A stretch of 64,000 nucleotides of DNA, from assembly GCA_963773035.1 (NCBI GenBank), contig CAVYZX010000012.1, positions 90,013-154,012 on the forward strand, in the 5' to 3' direction. Both the position numbers and the translations under genes were made by a program. Of the stretch, positions 28,852 through 38,760 are shown in pieces; position 1 is the first letter of the stretch; each line of letters begins with the position of its first letter. Under the pieces are notes generated by a model. That model did not search any database. It had not been told where the DNA came from and saw only the letters and a list, made by a program, of their open reading frames with translations. Source of the DNA: an uncultured Acidobacteriota bacterium. GTDB taxonomy: Bacteria; Acidobacteriota; Vicinamibacteria; Vicinamibacterales; CAVVIG01.

Positions 28852-30372
28852 ATGACCGAAAGTACCGACAAAATTCCGAACGAAACAAGACATCACAATT
28901 TTATCGACGGCTCATGGGTTTCGTCGGTTTCAGGCGAGTTCTTCGAAAACCGTAATCCCGCAAATACACATGATCTCATCGGCTTGTTCCAGCGCTCCAC
29001 GCGCGAAGACGTTGAGGTCGCGATTGCTGCCGCCTGCCGGGCGTCTGCGCATTGGCGCCTCGTCCCGGCGCCCCGTCGTGCCGAGATTTTGTTTCGCGCC
29101 GCACAGCTCCTCGCCGAGCGCAAAGAGACGCTTGCGCGCGACATGACGCGCGAAATGGGCAAAGTCCTCGAGGAAACGCGCGGCGACGTTCAGGAAGCGA
29201 TCGACATGACGTACTTCATGGCCGGCGAGGGCCGTCGGCAGTACGGCCAGACCGTTCCGTCGGAGCTGCGAGACAAGTTTGCGATGTCGGTTCGCCAGCC
29301 GCTCGGGGTGGCCGCGGTCATCACACCATGGAATTTCCCGATGGCGATTCCGTCGTGGAAGATCATTCCTGCGCTCGTCTGTGGAAACACCGTCGTCTTC
29401 AAGCCAGCGACGCTCACCCCGTTGTCGGCCGTGAATTTCGTCAGAATTCTCGAAGAAGCCGGCGTCCCCCCCGGCGTCGTGAATCTCGTCACCGGCGGCG
29501 GCAGCGACGTAGGCGAGGCCATGCTGGCGAGCGACGACGTCCGTGTGGTGTCGTTCACCGGTTCGACTGAAGTCGGGCGCACGGTCGCAGAGCGAGCCGC
29601 GCCATCATTCAAGAAGGTCCATCTCGAGATGGGCGGCAAAAACGTCGTCATGGTCATGGACGACGCAAACCTCGATCTGGCAGTAGAGGGCTGTCTGTGG
29701 GGTGGGTTCGGCACGACCGGCCAACGTTGCACGGCTGCCAGCCGCATCGTCGTACACCACAAGGTCTATCGAGCGTTCCTGGAGCAGTTTTCACGCCGGG
29801 CGAAGGCCCTGCGGGTGGGAGATGGCCTCGATCCCAAGACCGAGATGGGGCCTTCGGTCAGCGAGGCTCAGCGGAATACCGTGATGCACTACATAGAAGT
29901 CGGCCGAAAGGAGGGAGCCACGCTGACGTGCGGAGGACATCCGCTGGTGTCCGGCGCATATGCCAATGGCTACTTTCACGAGCCCACGATCTTCGCCGAC
30001 GTCGATCCGTCGATGCGGATCGCGCAGGAAGAAATCTTCGGCCCTGTGGTCTCGGTGATCCCTTGCGGGTCGTTCGAGCAGGCGATCGCAATCGCGAACG
30101 ACGTCAAGTACGGACTCTCGGCTTCGATTTACACGCAGGACGTCAACCGCGCCTTTACCGCGATGCGCGAGTTGTACACGGGCATCTTTTACGTGAACGC
30201 GCCGACGATTGGCGCGGAAGTGCATCTGCCGTTTGGTGGGACCAAGTTGACGGGCAACGGCCACCGGGAAGCGGGGACGGCGGCGCTCGATGTGTTCTCG
30301 GAGTGGAAGTCCGTGTACATCGATTTCAGCGGGCGATTGCAGCGGGCACAGATCGACAAGGACGAATCCTGA
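28852..30372 (+). CDS. NAD(P)-dependent aldehyde dehydrogenase
   Basis: [39 protein letters not shown]. Confidence 0.92.
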   Translation: MTESTDKIPNETRHHNFIDGSWVSSVSGEFFENRNPANTHDLIGLFQRSTREDVEVAIAAACRASAHWRLVPAPRRAEILFRAAQLLAERKETLARDMTREMGKVLEETRGDVQEAIDMTYFMAGEGRRQYGQTVPSELRDKFAMSVRQPLGVAAVITPWNFPMAIPSWKIIPALVCGNTVVFKPATLTPLSAVNFVRILEEAGVPPGVVNLVTGGGSDVGEAMLASDDVRVVSFTGSTEVGRTVAERAAPSFKKVHLEMGGKNVVMVMDDANLDLAVEGCLWGGFGTTGQRCTAASRIVVHHKVYRAFLEQFSRRAKALRVGDGLDPKTEMGPSVSEAQRNTVMHYIEVGRKEGATLTCGGHPLVSGAYANGYFHEPTIFADVDPSMRIAQEEIFGPVVSVIPCGSFEQAIAIANDVKYGLSASIYTQDVNRAFTAMRELYTGIFYVNAPTIGAEVHLPFGGTKLTGNGHREAGTAALDVFSEWKSVYIDFSGRLQRAQIDKDES

Positions 30373-30374
30373 CC

Positions 30375-31442
30375 GTGAGAATCGCTGTCATTCCTGGTGA
30401 TGGAATCGGAATTGACGTCACCGCTGAAGCGATGAAAGTTGTCCGGGCGGCTGGCGAGACGTTCGGCCGTACGTTCGATCTGGAGATGTTGCCCTACGGC
30501 GCGGACTATTACCTTCGGACGGGGATCAGCCTTCCTCCAAACGGCCACGCCATGCTCCGGGACGAGTTCGACGCCATCTTCATCGGGGCGCTCGGCGATC
30601 CGCGCATTCCGGACATGCGGCATGCGCGGGACATCCTGCTGGGCACCCGATTTGCGCTCGACTTGTACGTCAACTACCGGCCCGTTCGACTGCTCGACGC
30701 GCGACTCTGTCCCCTCAAGGATCGCGGGCCGTCCGACATCAATTTCGTCGTCTTCAGGGAAAACACCGAGGGCACCTACGTCAACGTCGGGGGGCGCTTC
30801 AAGCCCGACACCGAAGATGAAATCGCCATTCAAGAAGAGGTCAACACGTACAAAGGAGTACATCGAATCATCAAGCATGCCTTCGACTATGCAAAGGCAC
30901 AGGGCTTGACCCGGGTCTGCATGGCCGACAAGAGCAACGCGATGACTCAAGGCCATGCGCTGTGGCAGCGCGTCTTCTGGCAGCTCGCTGGTGCCAACCC
31001 GGAGATTCAGTCGACACACCTTTACATCGACGCGCTGGCGATGCAGCTCGTCAAGAACCCGGCGCAGTTCGAGGTCATCGTCACGAACAACATGTTCGGC
31101 GACATCATCACGGATCTCGGCGCGCAGCTGCAGGGCGGCCTCGGGTTGGCAGCATCCGGCAATTTACATCCTGGTCGGACATCGATGTTCGAGCCGGTGC
31201 ATGGTTCGGCGCCGAAGTACGCAGGAAAGAACTCTGCGAATCCGGTCGGCGCCATCCTGTCGGCCGCGCTCATGTTGGACTATCTCGGCCTCGGGGCCGA
31301 GGCGGCTGCCATCGACGCCGCGGTAAAGGAAGCGGTTGTCACCCGTAATGGCACCGCTGACATTGGTGGATCGCTCGGAACGCGCGAGACCGGCGATTAC
31401 ATCGCGGTGCGAGTTCGTGCGGCGCGACCGCGGACGGGCTGA
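30375..31442 (+). CDS. Isopropylmalate/tartrate dehydrogenase family beta-decarboxylating dehydrogenase
   Basis: IPGDGIG, RENTEG, NMFGDIITD, FEPVHGSAP. Confidence 0.88.
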   Translation: MRIAVIPGDGIGIDVTAEAMKVVRAAGETFGRTFDLEMLPYGADYYLRTGISLPPNGHAMLRDEFDAIFIGALGDPRIPDMRHARDILLGTRFALDLYVNYRPVRLLDARLCPLKDRGPSDINFVVFRENTEGTYVNVGGRFKPDTEDEIAIQEEVNTYKGVHRIIKHAFDYAKAQGLTRVCMADKSNAMTQGHALWQRVFWQLAGANPEIQSTHLYIDALAMQLVKNPAQFEVIVTNNMFGDIITDLGAQLQGGLGLAASGNLHPGRTSMFEPVHGSAPKYAGKNSANPVGAILSAALMLDYLGLGAEAAAIDAAVKEAVVTRNGTADIGGSLGTRETGDYIAVRVRAARPRTG

Positions 31443-31458
31443 GATATAGAATAGCCAG

Positions 31459-32064
31459 ATGCAGGATCTGGTCAGAAATCTCCTGGTGCATCTGGGCGAG
31501 GACCCCAATCGGGAGGGCCTCGTCAACACGCCGAAACGAGTCGAACGGTCGCTCAGGTTTCTGACGAGCGGCTATGGTGCCGACATCGACCATGTCTTGA
31601 ACGGCGCACTGTTCACTGTCGATTACAGCGAGATGGTGATCGTCAAGGACGTCGATTTCTACAGCCTCTGCGAACACCATCTGCTGCCATTCTTCGGCAA
31701 ATGCCACGTGGCCTATATTCCGAGCGACAAGGTCATCGGCCTGAGCAAGATTCCAAGACTAGTCGACGTCTTCAGCCGCCGCCTTCAGGTCCAGGAACGC
31801 CTGACGAACCAGATCGCCGAGACCATTCGCGACAAGATCGCACCGCTCGGCGTGGCGGTCGTGATGGAAGCCACCCATCTCTGTATGTCGATGCGTGGCG
31901 TCGAGAAGCAGAACTCCGTGGCAGTTACCAGTGCGATGCTGGGGGTATTCCGCGACAACGCGCGCACCCGTATAGAGTTTCTCGAGTTGTTGAAGCTCAG
32001 CGGCGCCGCCCTGAACCTTCGCGAGGGAGTGCATTCCCCCATGGCTGGTGTCCTCGAAGAGTAA
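31459..32064 (+). CDS. folE: GTP cyclohydrolase I
   Basis: [48 protein letters not shown]. Confidence 0.95.
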   Translation: MQDLVRNLLVHLGEDPNREGLVNTPKRVERSLRFLTSGYGADIDHVLNGALFTVDYSEMVIVKDVDFYSLCEHHLLPFFGKCHVAYIPSDKVIGLSKIPRLVDVFSRRLQVQERLTNQIAETIRDKIAPLGVAVVMEATHLCMSMRGVEKQNSVAVTSAMLGVFRDNARTRIEFLELLKLSGAALNLREGVHSPMAGVLEE

Positions 32065-32091
32065 CGGCCTAGCCGTACTATACTGGTACGC

Positions 32092-32781
32092 ATGAGGCAG
32101 CTCATCGCCATCGGCATAGCGATCGTTGTCTCGCTTTCAACGGTCCTCGGAGCTCAGACCAAGCGGCCGCCAGCCCCCGCCAGACGGGGGACCCCACCTC
32201 CGACCGTCGAACCCAAGAAGGTCGCGCCGGAGATGACCTGCCCGTCACCGTTGGGGGTCGGCGTCACGAGCAAGCTCAAATACTGCGACGTCATGACGGA
32301 GCGCGATCCGTCAGCGGGAATCTTGATCGAGCTTCCGCCTCACAAGGGCCCGGTCACGCTCACCTTCGATCTCCACAACCGACACACCTATTCCGACGAG
32401 CAGGCCAAGACCAATCGGGGCTATGCGCGTTATACGTCGACGATTGGCGTTCTGACGATGGACAACACGCTCATCAGCCGGGCCACGGTTCAAAATGAAT
32501 TTCGAACGGCAAGCGATCTCGTCGAACGCATCGGAGGAGGCGCCGGTCCCGGCGGCGTCAAGGCGGTTGCGCCCACCGGATCGGAGTCGATCACGATCGC
32601 GATTCCGGAAGCCGAGCAGAAGGTGAGTATTCTTGGCGAAAAGCTCACGCAGGAGCGGCTGGACGGATCTGCGACGTATATGTCCCCAGGTCGCCCCATC
32701 GCCGTCATCAGCAACGTGATGATCGAGTATCAACCCGGTCCGCCGCCGCGCGGACGGGGAAACGCCAAACCCGCGCGTTGA
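32092..32781 (+). CDS. Exported hypothetical protein
   Basis: Signal peptide MRQLIAIGIAIVVSLSTVLGAQ; TATACT 7 nt upstream. Confidence 0.75.
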   Translation: MRQLIAIGIAIVVSLSTVLGAQTKRPPAPARRGTPPPTVEPKKVAPEMTCPSPLGVGVTSKLKYCDVMTERDPSAGILIELPPHKGPVTLTFDLHNRHTYSDEQAKTNRGYARYTSTIGVLTMDNTLISRATVQNEFRTASDLVERIGGGAGPGGVKAVAPTGSESITIAIPEAEQKVSILGEKLTQERLDGSATYMSPGRPIAVISNVMIEYQPGPPPRGRGNAKPAR

Positions 32782-32796
32782 ACAGTGCGTCAGCCA

Positions 32797-33159
32797 CTAC
32801 CAGGCCGCGATTGCGAGGCAGGCCCAGCCCAGGAGGAACGCTACCCCTCCGATTGGCGTAATCGCGCCCAGCACGGTCACACCCGTCAAAGCGAGCGCGT
32901 AGAGACTGCCCGAGAACAGCACGATCCCCGTTGCAAACAACCAACCGGCGGTCACAACCAGCTTGCCATCATGTCGGCCCAAGATCAGCCCGGTCGCGAC
33001 CAACGCTAGCGCATGGTAGAAGTGATATCGGACGCCCGTTTCGAAGACCGCCAGCATGTCGGGAGACAAGCGGGCTCGCAATGCGTGCGCGCCGAATGCT
33101 CCTAGAGCGACTGCAGTCAAGCCGGCGAGCGCACCGAGGAATAGGAAAGTGCGGTCCAT
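32797..33159 (-). CDS. DUF423/YgdD small membrane protein
   Basis: GAFGAH, FSGSLY, GAITPIGG. Confidence 0.9.
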   Translation of the reverse strand: MDRTFLFLGALAGLTAVALGAFGAHALRARLSPDMLAVFETGVRYHFYHALALVATGLILGRHDGKLVVTAGWLFATGIVLFSGSLYALALTGVTVLGAITPIGGVAFLLGWACLAIAAW

Positions 33160-33187
33160 GACGTGGTTCTCGGAGTCTTCGGGTTGA

Positions 33188-33233
33188 GAATCTCAGAATT
33201 TGAGGATCTAAGGATTTGAGAATTTGAGAATCT
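33188..33233 (+). repeat. Second array of the 8-bp GRATYTGA-like repeat
   Basis: GAATCTCA GAATTTGA GGATCTAA GGATTTGA GAATTTGA GAATCT. Confidence 0.8.
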
Positions 33234-33263
33234 TCTCGAACGTGCAGGGTCTATTGTAGATGC

Positions 33264-33301
33264 AAACGAAAAGGGCCGGCGGTTTCCCGCCGGCCCCAAA
33301 A
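33264..33301 (-). terminator. Intrinsic terminator of the radical SAM gene
   Basis: Minus strand GGGCCGGCGG GAAA CCGCCGGCCC followed by TTTTCGTTT. Confidence 0.85.
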
Positions 33302-33328
33302 GTCAACTGTCGCCGAACGCCAGACCGA

Positions 33329-35458
33329 CTAGACGGTAGGCTTGTGCAGCACGGGCTGCACGTCTCGCTCCGGCCTTGCTGATTCCGGAGCCCCCGTGTC
33401 CCGCCGTCCCTTGAGCCCCTGGATCTGAAGCGTCGGCTGTTCCTTGAGCACGTGTTGGCGGTATAGCCGCGCCATCTCCTCGTGGTGCTTCGAATCCTCG
33501 GGCTGATCCTTGTGGCGGGCCTTGAGCTTTTCCTCCCGCGCATTCTTGGCGATTCCCAGATCGTCGAGATCGGTCTGCGCCACGGCCCGAACGGCTTCCT
33601 CGTTCAGGGTCAATGAATGCGCAGTCGAGCCGAGCGGCACGTTCTTGTTGCCGGCGAAGATCTCATGACGACCATGCTCCTCGTACCACTTCGTGAGGGT
33701 TGCCGTCATGTGCATCTTCTCGATGATGTTGCGCCACCCGATGCCGGTGTTGTATGCGCAGAAGGAGATCTCGCCTTGCTGGGTCGCGTAGGGGATGATG
33801 CACATCTCGGTACGCCGGAAGTCGTAGTTGAAGAGATCCTGGAACCACATTCCCGCAATGAACAGGAAGTTCCAGCGATCGGACCGCCGCTTGGCGATAT
33901 CGGACGCGGTGCGGTCGCCCTCGACCTTGCCGTACTTGCCCTTTTCCGCCGACTTGGTCGCGCCGAACGTCTTGTCGAACTTCCGGAGCAGGTCGACCAG
34001 CTTGAATTCGCTCGGCGACTTGAAGGGGTCGTAGTTGCGCATCAGGGCGAGCGCCATTCCGAAAACCGACAGGAAACGGCCGCGGCCGGCGTCGGTCACC
34101 GCCGCCACGTCCTTGGCCAACTGCTCGGCTCTGAGAAATGCCGTGACCGGCACGGCTTCCTTCGTTTCTTTGTCGATCATCACGGCCATGCCGACGCCGC
34201 AGTTCGGGTGGCATCCGCAGGTGAGCTGACCGAATTCCTTCTCCGCGCCATGCGTGACGTCGGCCCAGTCGGTGAAGCTGCCCATGAACGAGATGGGGAA
34301 CCAGTCGCGGGTCGGCTCGCCAAGGCCCGTCTGGTTCTTCACGTCGTGAGCCAGGTGCGACAAGGTGTAGCGCTGCGCGTGACGGCGCTCGTCGGTCACC
34401 TCTTCGTCCCGGCCTGTGAAGCTGACGGGTTGGAACGAGAGGAAGTTGATCGTCTTCGGATTGTCGAGGGCGAACTCGATGATGCGGCCGACCTGCTCGT
34501 TGTTCACGCCGTTGACGATCGTCACCACGGGCACGATATCGACGCCGGCGCTGTGAAGATTCTCGATGGCGCGCAGCTTGACGTCGAACAGATTCCCGAC
34601 GCGGCGGTGCGAGTTCGCGGCGTTGCCGATGCCGTCGAACTGCAGATACGCGTAGCGAAGGCCGGCGTCGGCCGCGGCCGTGGCAAAGGCCGGATCCTTT
34701 GCGAACTCGATTCCGTTGGTTGCCGCCTGCACGCTGTTGTAGCCGATCTTGCGAGCGTAACGGACGGCGTCGAGGAAGTACGGTGAAATCGTCGGCTCTC
34801 CACCGGAGAACTGGACCGACATCTGCCGCCGCGGCTTGATACTGATCGAGTTGTCCAGCACCATCTTGATGTCGTCCCACGACAGCTCATGCACGAATCC
34901 CACCTGGTTCGCGTCCATGAAGCACGGGTCGCACATCATGTTGCAGCGATTCGTCAGATCGACCGTGAGCACCGCCCCGCGGCCGTGCTTGATCGTGCTG
35001 CTGCCGTGGTTGTGCAGCTTCTCGTCGTTGTGGGCGCGAATGTCGCGGCCCGGAAACACGTCTTCAAGGTGTTTGAAGAACGCCGTGTCGACGGCCATGA
35101 CGTCCTCGAAATGGCCGTGGAGCGGGCAGTCCTTGACCATCAGGATCTTGCCGTCGCGTTCGAGGATCGTGGCCTTGATCTCGCCGACCTTCTCGTTCAG
35201 GAGGACGCTCACATCCTTCTTGCCGTCGAGAATCTCCTGACGAGCTTCCCGTACGCACGTCGGGCAGAGCGAGTCAGTCTCGCGGGGCCAACCGAGCGGA
35301 GGTTTCGTTTTTTGATGAGACTTCAGAATCGGTTTGTCCGACCAGGCAGGCGTGAAAGCCGGCCTCTGGTTGATGCTATTCAGACCCTTGAAAACCACCC
35401 AGGCGCCGTTGGCGGCTAGTGAGAGCCCCTTCTCGACGTACTTGATGGGTGCATGCAT
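33329..35458 (-). CDS. Radical SAM protein of the Tes/GDGT-MAS (MJ0619)-like family
   Basis: CNMMCDPC radical SAM motif; GGEPT; N-terminal SLCPTC..CPLHG; YLQFDG, FQPVSFTGR, HPNCG, SFCAYN; AAGGAG SD. Confidence 0.85.
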   Translation of the reverse strand: MHAPIKYVEKGLSLAANGAWVVFKGLNSINQRPAFTPAWSDKPILKSHQKTKPPLGWPRETDSLCPTCVREARQEILDGKKDVSVLLNEKVGEIKATILERDGKILMVKDCPLHGHFEDVMAVDTAFFKHLEDVFPGRDIRAHNDEKLHNHGSSTIKHGRGAVLTVDLTNRCNMMCDPCFMDANQVGFVHELSWDDIKMVLDNSISIKPRRQMSVQFSGGEPTISPYFLDAVRYARKIGYNSVQAATNGIEFAKDPAFATAAADAGLRYAYLQFDGIGNAANSHRRVGNLFDVKLRAIENLHSAGVDIVPVVTIVNGVNNEQVGRIIEFALDNPKTINFLSFQPVSFTGRDEEVTDERRHAQRYTLSHLAHDVKNQTGLGEPTRDWFPISFMGSFTDWADVTHGAEKEFGQLTCGCHPNCGVGMAVMIDKETKEAVPVTAFLRAEQLAKDVAAVTDAGRGRFLSVFGMALALMRNYDPFKSPSEFKLVDLLRKFDKTFGATKSAEKGKYGKVEGDRTASDIAKRRSDRWNFLFIAGMWFQDLFNYDFRRTEMCIIPYATQQGEISFCAYNTGIGWRNIIEKMHMTATLTKWYEEHGRHEIFAGNKNVPLGSTAHSLTLNEEAVRAVAQTDLDDLGIAKNAREEKLKARHKDQPEDSKHHEEMARLYRQHVLKEQPTLQIQGLKGRRDTGAPESARPERDVQPVLHKPTV

Positions 35459-35692
35459 GCGTCACTCCTTCGAAGGCAGAAAGAATAGCCTGGCGACCCG
35501 TAAATGATAGAGTAGGAAAGAGTTGAAGACTTACATTTTCAGCCAATGGGCCGGAACCGGACCCGAGAGGGAACTCTAAGCACCTGAATGGGCAGCTTCA
35601 ACCGGGCCGGATTCTCAGTTCAGCCGCGGCGGACCCTCCACGCGGAGGCCGGTCCGCGCGTCTGACCGCGCCCAGGCCGTATCATTTCTGAT

Positions 35693-36742
35693 ATGGCCGT
35701 TCGTGATGTCATCATCGTCGGCGCGGGGCCGTCCGGGTTGTCCGCCGCCATCGCCGCCAAGCAACGAGGACTCGACTACCACGTGATCGAGCAGGGCGTC
35801 CTCGTCAATTCGATTTATCACTTTCCGCCGCAGATGGTGTTCTTCACGACTCCAGAGCTGCTGGAAATCGGCGGGTTGCCATTCGTTTCTCCGTACGACA
35901 AGCCGACGCGGGCCGAGGCGCTCCGCTACTACCGCAAGGTGGTCGAGACCTACGATCTTCAGATTTCTTATGAAGAAACCGTCGTGTCGGTCGAGCGAGA
36001 GGCCGACCACGACGGCCAGGAGGCGTTGTTTGCCGTCGAGACTCAATCCTCACGGGGGGTTCGTCGGATTCGGCACGGGCGGAACGTCATCTTTGCGATC
36101 GGGTACTACGATGCGCCGAACCTGCTGAACGTTCCGGGTGAGGATCTTCCTCACGTTCATCATTACTACAGCGAGCCGCACCCCTATTACCGCCAGCGCG
36201 TGGTCATTGTCGGGGGCGGAAATTCCGCAGCCGAGTGGGCGCTGGAGTTGTTTCGCTCGGGAGTGCACGTCACGCTGGTGCACCGGCATGCGGAGCTGAA
36301 GAAGACGATCAAATACTGGGTCAGGCCCGACATCGAAAACCGGATCAAGGAGGGCTCGATCGCGGCTCGATTCAATTCCTGTCTTACCGAGATTCGTCCG
36401 ACATCGGTGATTGTCAGTCCGGCGTCGGCTCTTCAGAGAGGCGATCAAGGGCAGCAGGCACGAAGCTCAGCGAGTGCAAACGGAGAAGAGATTCCGGCCG
36501 ACGCTGTCTTTCTGCTGGTCGGGTATCACACGAACTGGGAACTCATGGAACGAGCCGGCGTCGTGCTGAAGGACAAACGGGTGCCGACCTACGATGCCGA
36601 GACCTTCGAGACCAATGTACCAGGGCTCTTCTTAGCCGGCGGAGCTATCTGTGGGAGAGACACCAGCAACATCTTCATCGAGAACGGCCGGTTTCATGGC
36701 GAGAAGATCATCGCGACCATTGCCCGCCGTCAGGGCGGGTAA
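35693..36742 (+). CDS. ypdA: YpdA-family FAD-dependent disulfide reductase (putative bacillithiol disulfide reductase)
   Basis: GAGPSG, FFTTPELLEIG, KPTRAEALRYY, GGGNSA, KYWVRPDIENRI, FIENGRFHG. Confidence 0.88.
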   Translation: MAVRDVIIVGAGPSGLSAAIAAKQRGLDYHVIEQGVLVNSIYHFPPQMVFFTTPELLEIGGLPFVSPYDKPTRAEALRYYRKVVETYDLQISYEETVVSVEREADHDGQEALFAVETQSSRGVRRIRHGRNVIFAIGYYDAPNLLNVPGEDLPHVHHYYSEPHPYYRQRVVIVGGGNSAAEWALELFRSGVHVTLVHRHAELKKTIKYWVRPDIENRIKEGSIAARFNSCLTEIRPTSVIVSPASALQRGDQGQQARSSASANGEEIPADAVFLLVGYHTNWELMERAGVVLKDKRVPTYDAETFETNVPGLFLAGGAICGRDTSNIFIENGRFHGEKIIATIARRQGG

Positions 36743-36770
36743 GGGCATCGCCGGTCCAGCGTGCAGACGT

Positions 36771-37442
36771 TCAGTGTGAGAAGTGAGAGGGACCGCCGGG
36801 GACGCGGGCGGTCATGATCTTCATCTCGAGTAGCTCCACGAGCGATTCCGCCCGGGAGCGCAGGCAGCGTTTCTCGAGCAATGCCTGCTTTTCGATTGGC
36901 TCGAGGTCCAAGTACTGGGCCAACGCGTTGACGAGATCCTCGTCGCCCATTTCCGAAGGGATCATCGCATCTCCCCCTCGAGACTCCCGCGGACCGACGT
37001 GCGCTTTTCCAAGATTGCGCTCGATAGTCGATGCCAGCAACACCTCCAGCTTCGAGCGCTGCCGTCGAACGACTCCGCGGTCCTCGGCCTCGAGCGCGCG
37101 TTCGGCGATCGGCTCGACGCTGGCAAGACGGTAGGCCCGTCCGAAATCCTCTTCCACAATCCGGAAGCGTTCAACCCCACGCAAGACGATGTTGTAGCGG
37201 CCATCGGGGAGTTGATCGACATGTGTGATCACCCCGCTGCAGCCGATTGGGTACACGGGCGGCCGGCCCTCGTACTCGTGTTCCCAACCCGGCTTCAGCA
37301 GCACCATTCCAATCAGCCGGTCGCTGGCGAGCGCGTCGGCGACCATCTCGCGATAGCGCGGCTCGAAAATGTGGAGCGGCAGAAACACGTTCGGAAACAG
37401 GACGACGTTCGGGAGCGGAAACAGCGGCAGCAGATCGGACAT
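36771..37442 (-). CDS. Stand-alone Lon N-terminal (substrate-binding) domain protein
   Basis: LPLFPLPNVVLFP..LHIFEPRYREMV, GRYNIVLRGVERFRI, EKQALLE. Confidence 0.88.
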   Translation of the reverse strand: MSDLLPLFPLPNVVLFPNVFLPLHIFEPRYREMVADALASDRLIGMVLLKPGWEHEYEGRPPVYPIGCSGVITHVDQLPDGRYNIVLRGVERFRIVEEDFGRAYRLASVEPIAERALEAEDRGVVRRQRSKLEVLLASTIERNLGKAHVGPRESRGGDAMIPSEMGDEDLVNALAQYLDLEPIEKQALLEKRCLRSRAESLVELLEMKIMTARVPGGPSHFSH

Positions 37443-37453
37443 GGTGCAAGCGC

Positions 37454-38737
37454 TCAGTGAATCGTTTTGGTCTTCTTGTCCATGTAATCCATGAGCACGT
37501 ACTGGCCCAGCGTGTATGGCGTCGTAAAGTACGCCTTGCCCTTGCAGATTTCCGCCACGCGGCGGACGAAGCTCACGAGATCGTAATCGCGCGCCAACAT
37601 GAACGTGTTGATCATGATGCCGCTTTTGCGGCAGGAGGCCACCTCGGCGCAGGTTTCGGCGACGATGAACGGGTCCAGCCCGAAGGCATTCTTGTAGATG
37701 CGCCCGTCCGGTTGCGTGAGGGCGGATGGTTTCCCGTCGGTGATCATGATGATCTGCCGCATGTCCTTGCTCTGGCGATCGAGAATCCGGCGGGCCAAGC
37801 GCAGTCCTTCGCGCGTGTTGGTGTAGTACGGGCCGACACGCACCCGGCCCAACTCCGCCAGTGGAATCTCCTCGGCGGAATCGTGGAAGAGCACGACTTT
37901 GAGCGCATCACCCGGATATTGGTTCTTGATCAATTGGGCAAGCGCGAGGGCGACGCGCTTGGCTGGCGTGAACCGATCTTCGCCGTACAGGATCATGCTG
38001 TGGCTGCAATCGAGCATCAACACGGTCGCGCAGGAGCTCTGGTACTCGCCCTGGACGACCATCAGATCTTCATAGCCGACATCCAGACGGCGCTTTGATG
38101 AAGAGGCGCCGGCTGCCGCATCACGGGCTTGTCTCTGTACGGCGTTCAACAGCGTGCTTGCCGCATCCAGATTCAACGTGTCGCCAAACTCGTACGATTT
38201 CGGCGCACCCGTCGTTTCGACACCAGTCGCTTGCTCGCGCGTGTCGTGCCGGCCGTAGCTGCTCTTGCCCAGCGAGCCGAGTAGGTCGCGCAACGCACGA
38301 TAACCGAGGAAGTCCAGCGTCTTGTCCGTGACCTCGAACTTGGTGACCTGAGGCAGATCCGGACCTCCACCGCCGCGACCTTGCCGGCGTTCGCGTTCGG
38401 CCTCGAGATCAGGTGGCGTCGTGATGTAGCCCTCTTGCGTCATGCGATCGATGATCTGCTGGATCAGTTCCTCCAGCTTGGATCGCGCCTCGGCCTGGTC
38501 GGCGTCCGCAGGATCGCCGAGAAGCCGATCGAGGGTCTCCTGGGGCAGAACTCCGCCGTTGAAGAGCGCATCGAGTATGGCGTCGTGCAGCGCCTGGAGC
38601 GTCCGCTCGGCATCGTCCATTCCGTATGGATTGCCGAAGCCGCTGGACAGCAGGAGATCGGAGAGCTTCGCGACCAGATCCTCGAGATCCAGTTCGTCGA
38701 GCTCGTCGCCAGTGAACTTGGTGTATCGGTACTTCAT
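37454..38737 (-). CDS. VWA domain protein
   Basis: MIDAS DCSHS, TNT and MITDGKP. Confidence 0.88.
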   Translation of the reverse strand: MKYRYTKFTGDELDELDLEDLVAKLSDLLLSSGFGNPYGMDDAERTLQALHDAILDALFNGGVLPQETLDRLLGDPADADQAEARSKLEELIQQIIDRMTQEGYITTPPDLEAERERRQGRGGGGPDLPQVTKFEVTDKTLDFLGYRALRDLLGSLGKSSYGRHDTREQATGVETTGAPKSYEFGDTLNLDAASTLLNAVQRQARDAAAGASSSKRRLDVGYEDLMVVQGEYQSSCATVLMLDCSHSMILYGEDRFTPAKRVALALAQLIKNQYPGDALKVVLFHDSAEEIPLAELGRVRVGPYYTNTREGLRLARRILDRQSKDMRQIIMITDGKPSALTQPDGRIYKNAFGLDPFIVAETCAEVASCRKSGIMINTFMLARDYDLVSFVRRVAEICKGKAYFTTPYTLGQYVLMDYMDKKTKTIH

Positions 38738-38760
38738 GACACTTGGGCCTAGCGCCGCGG

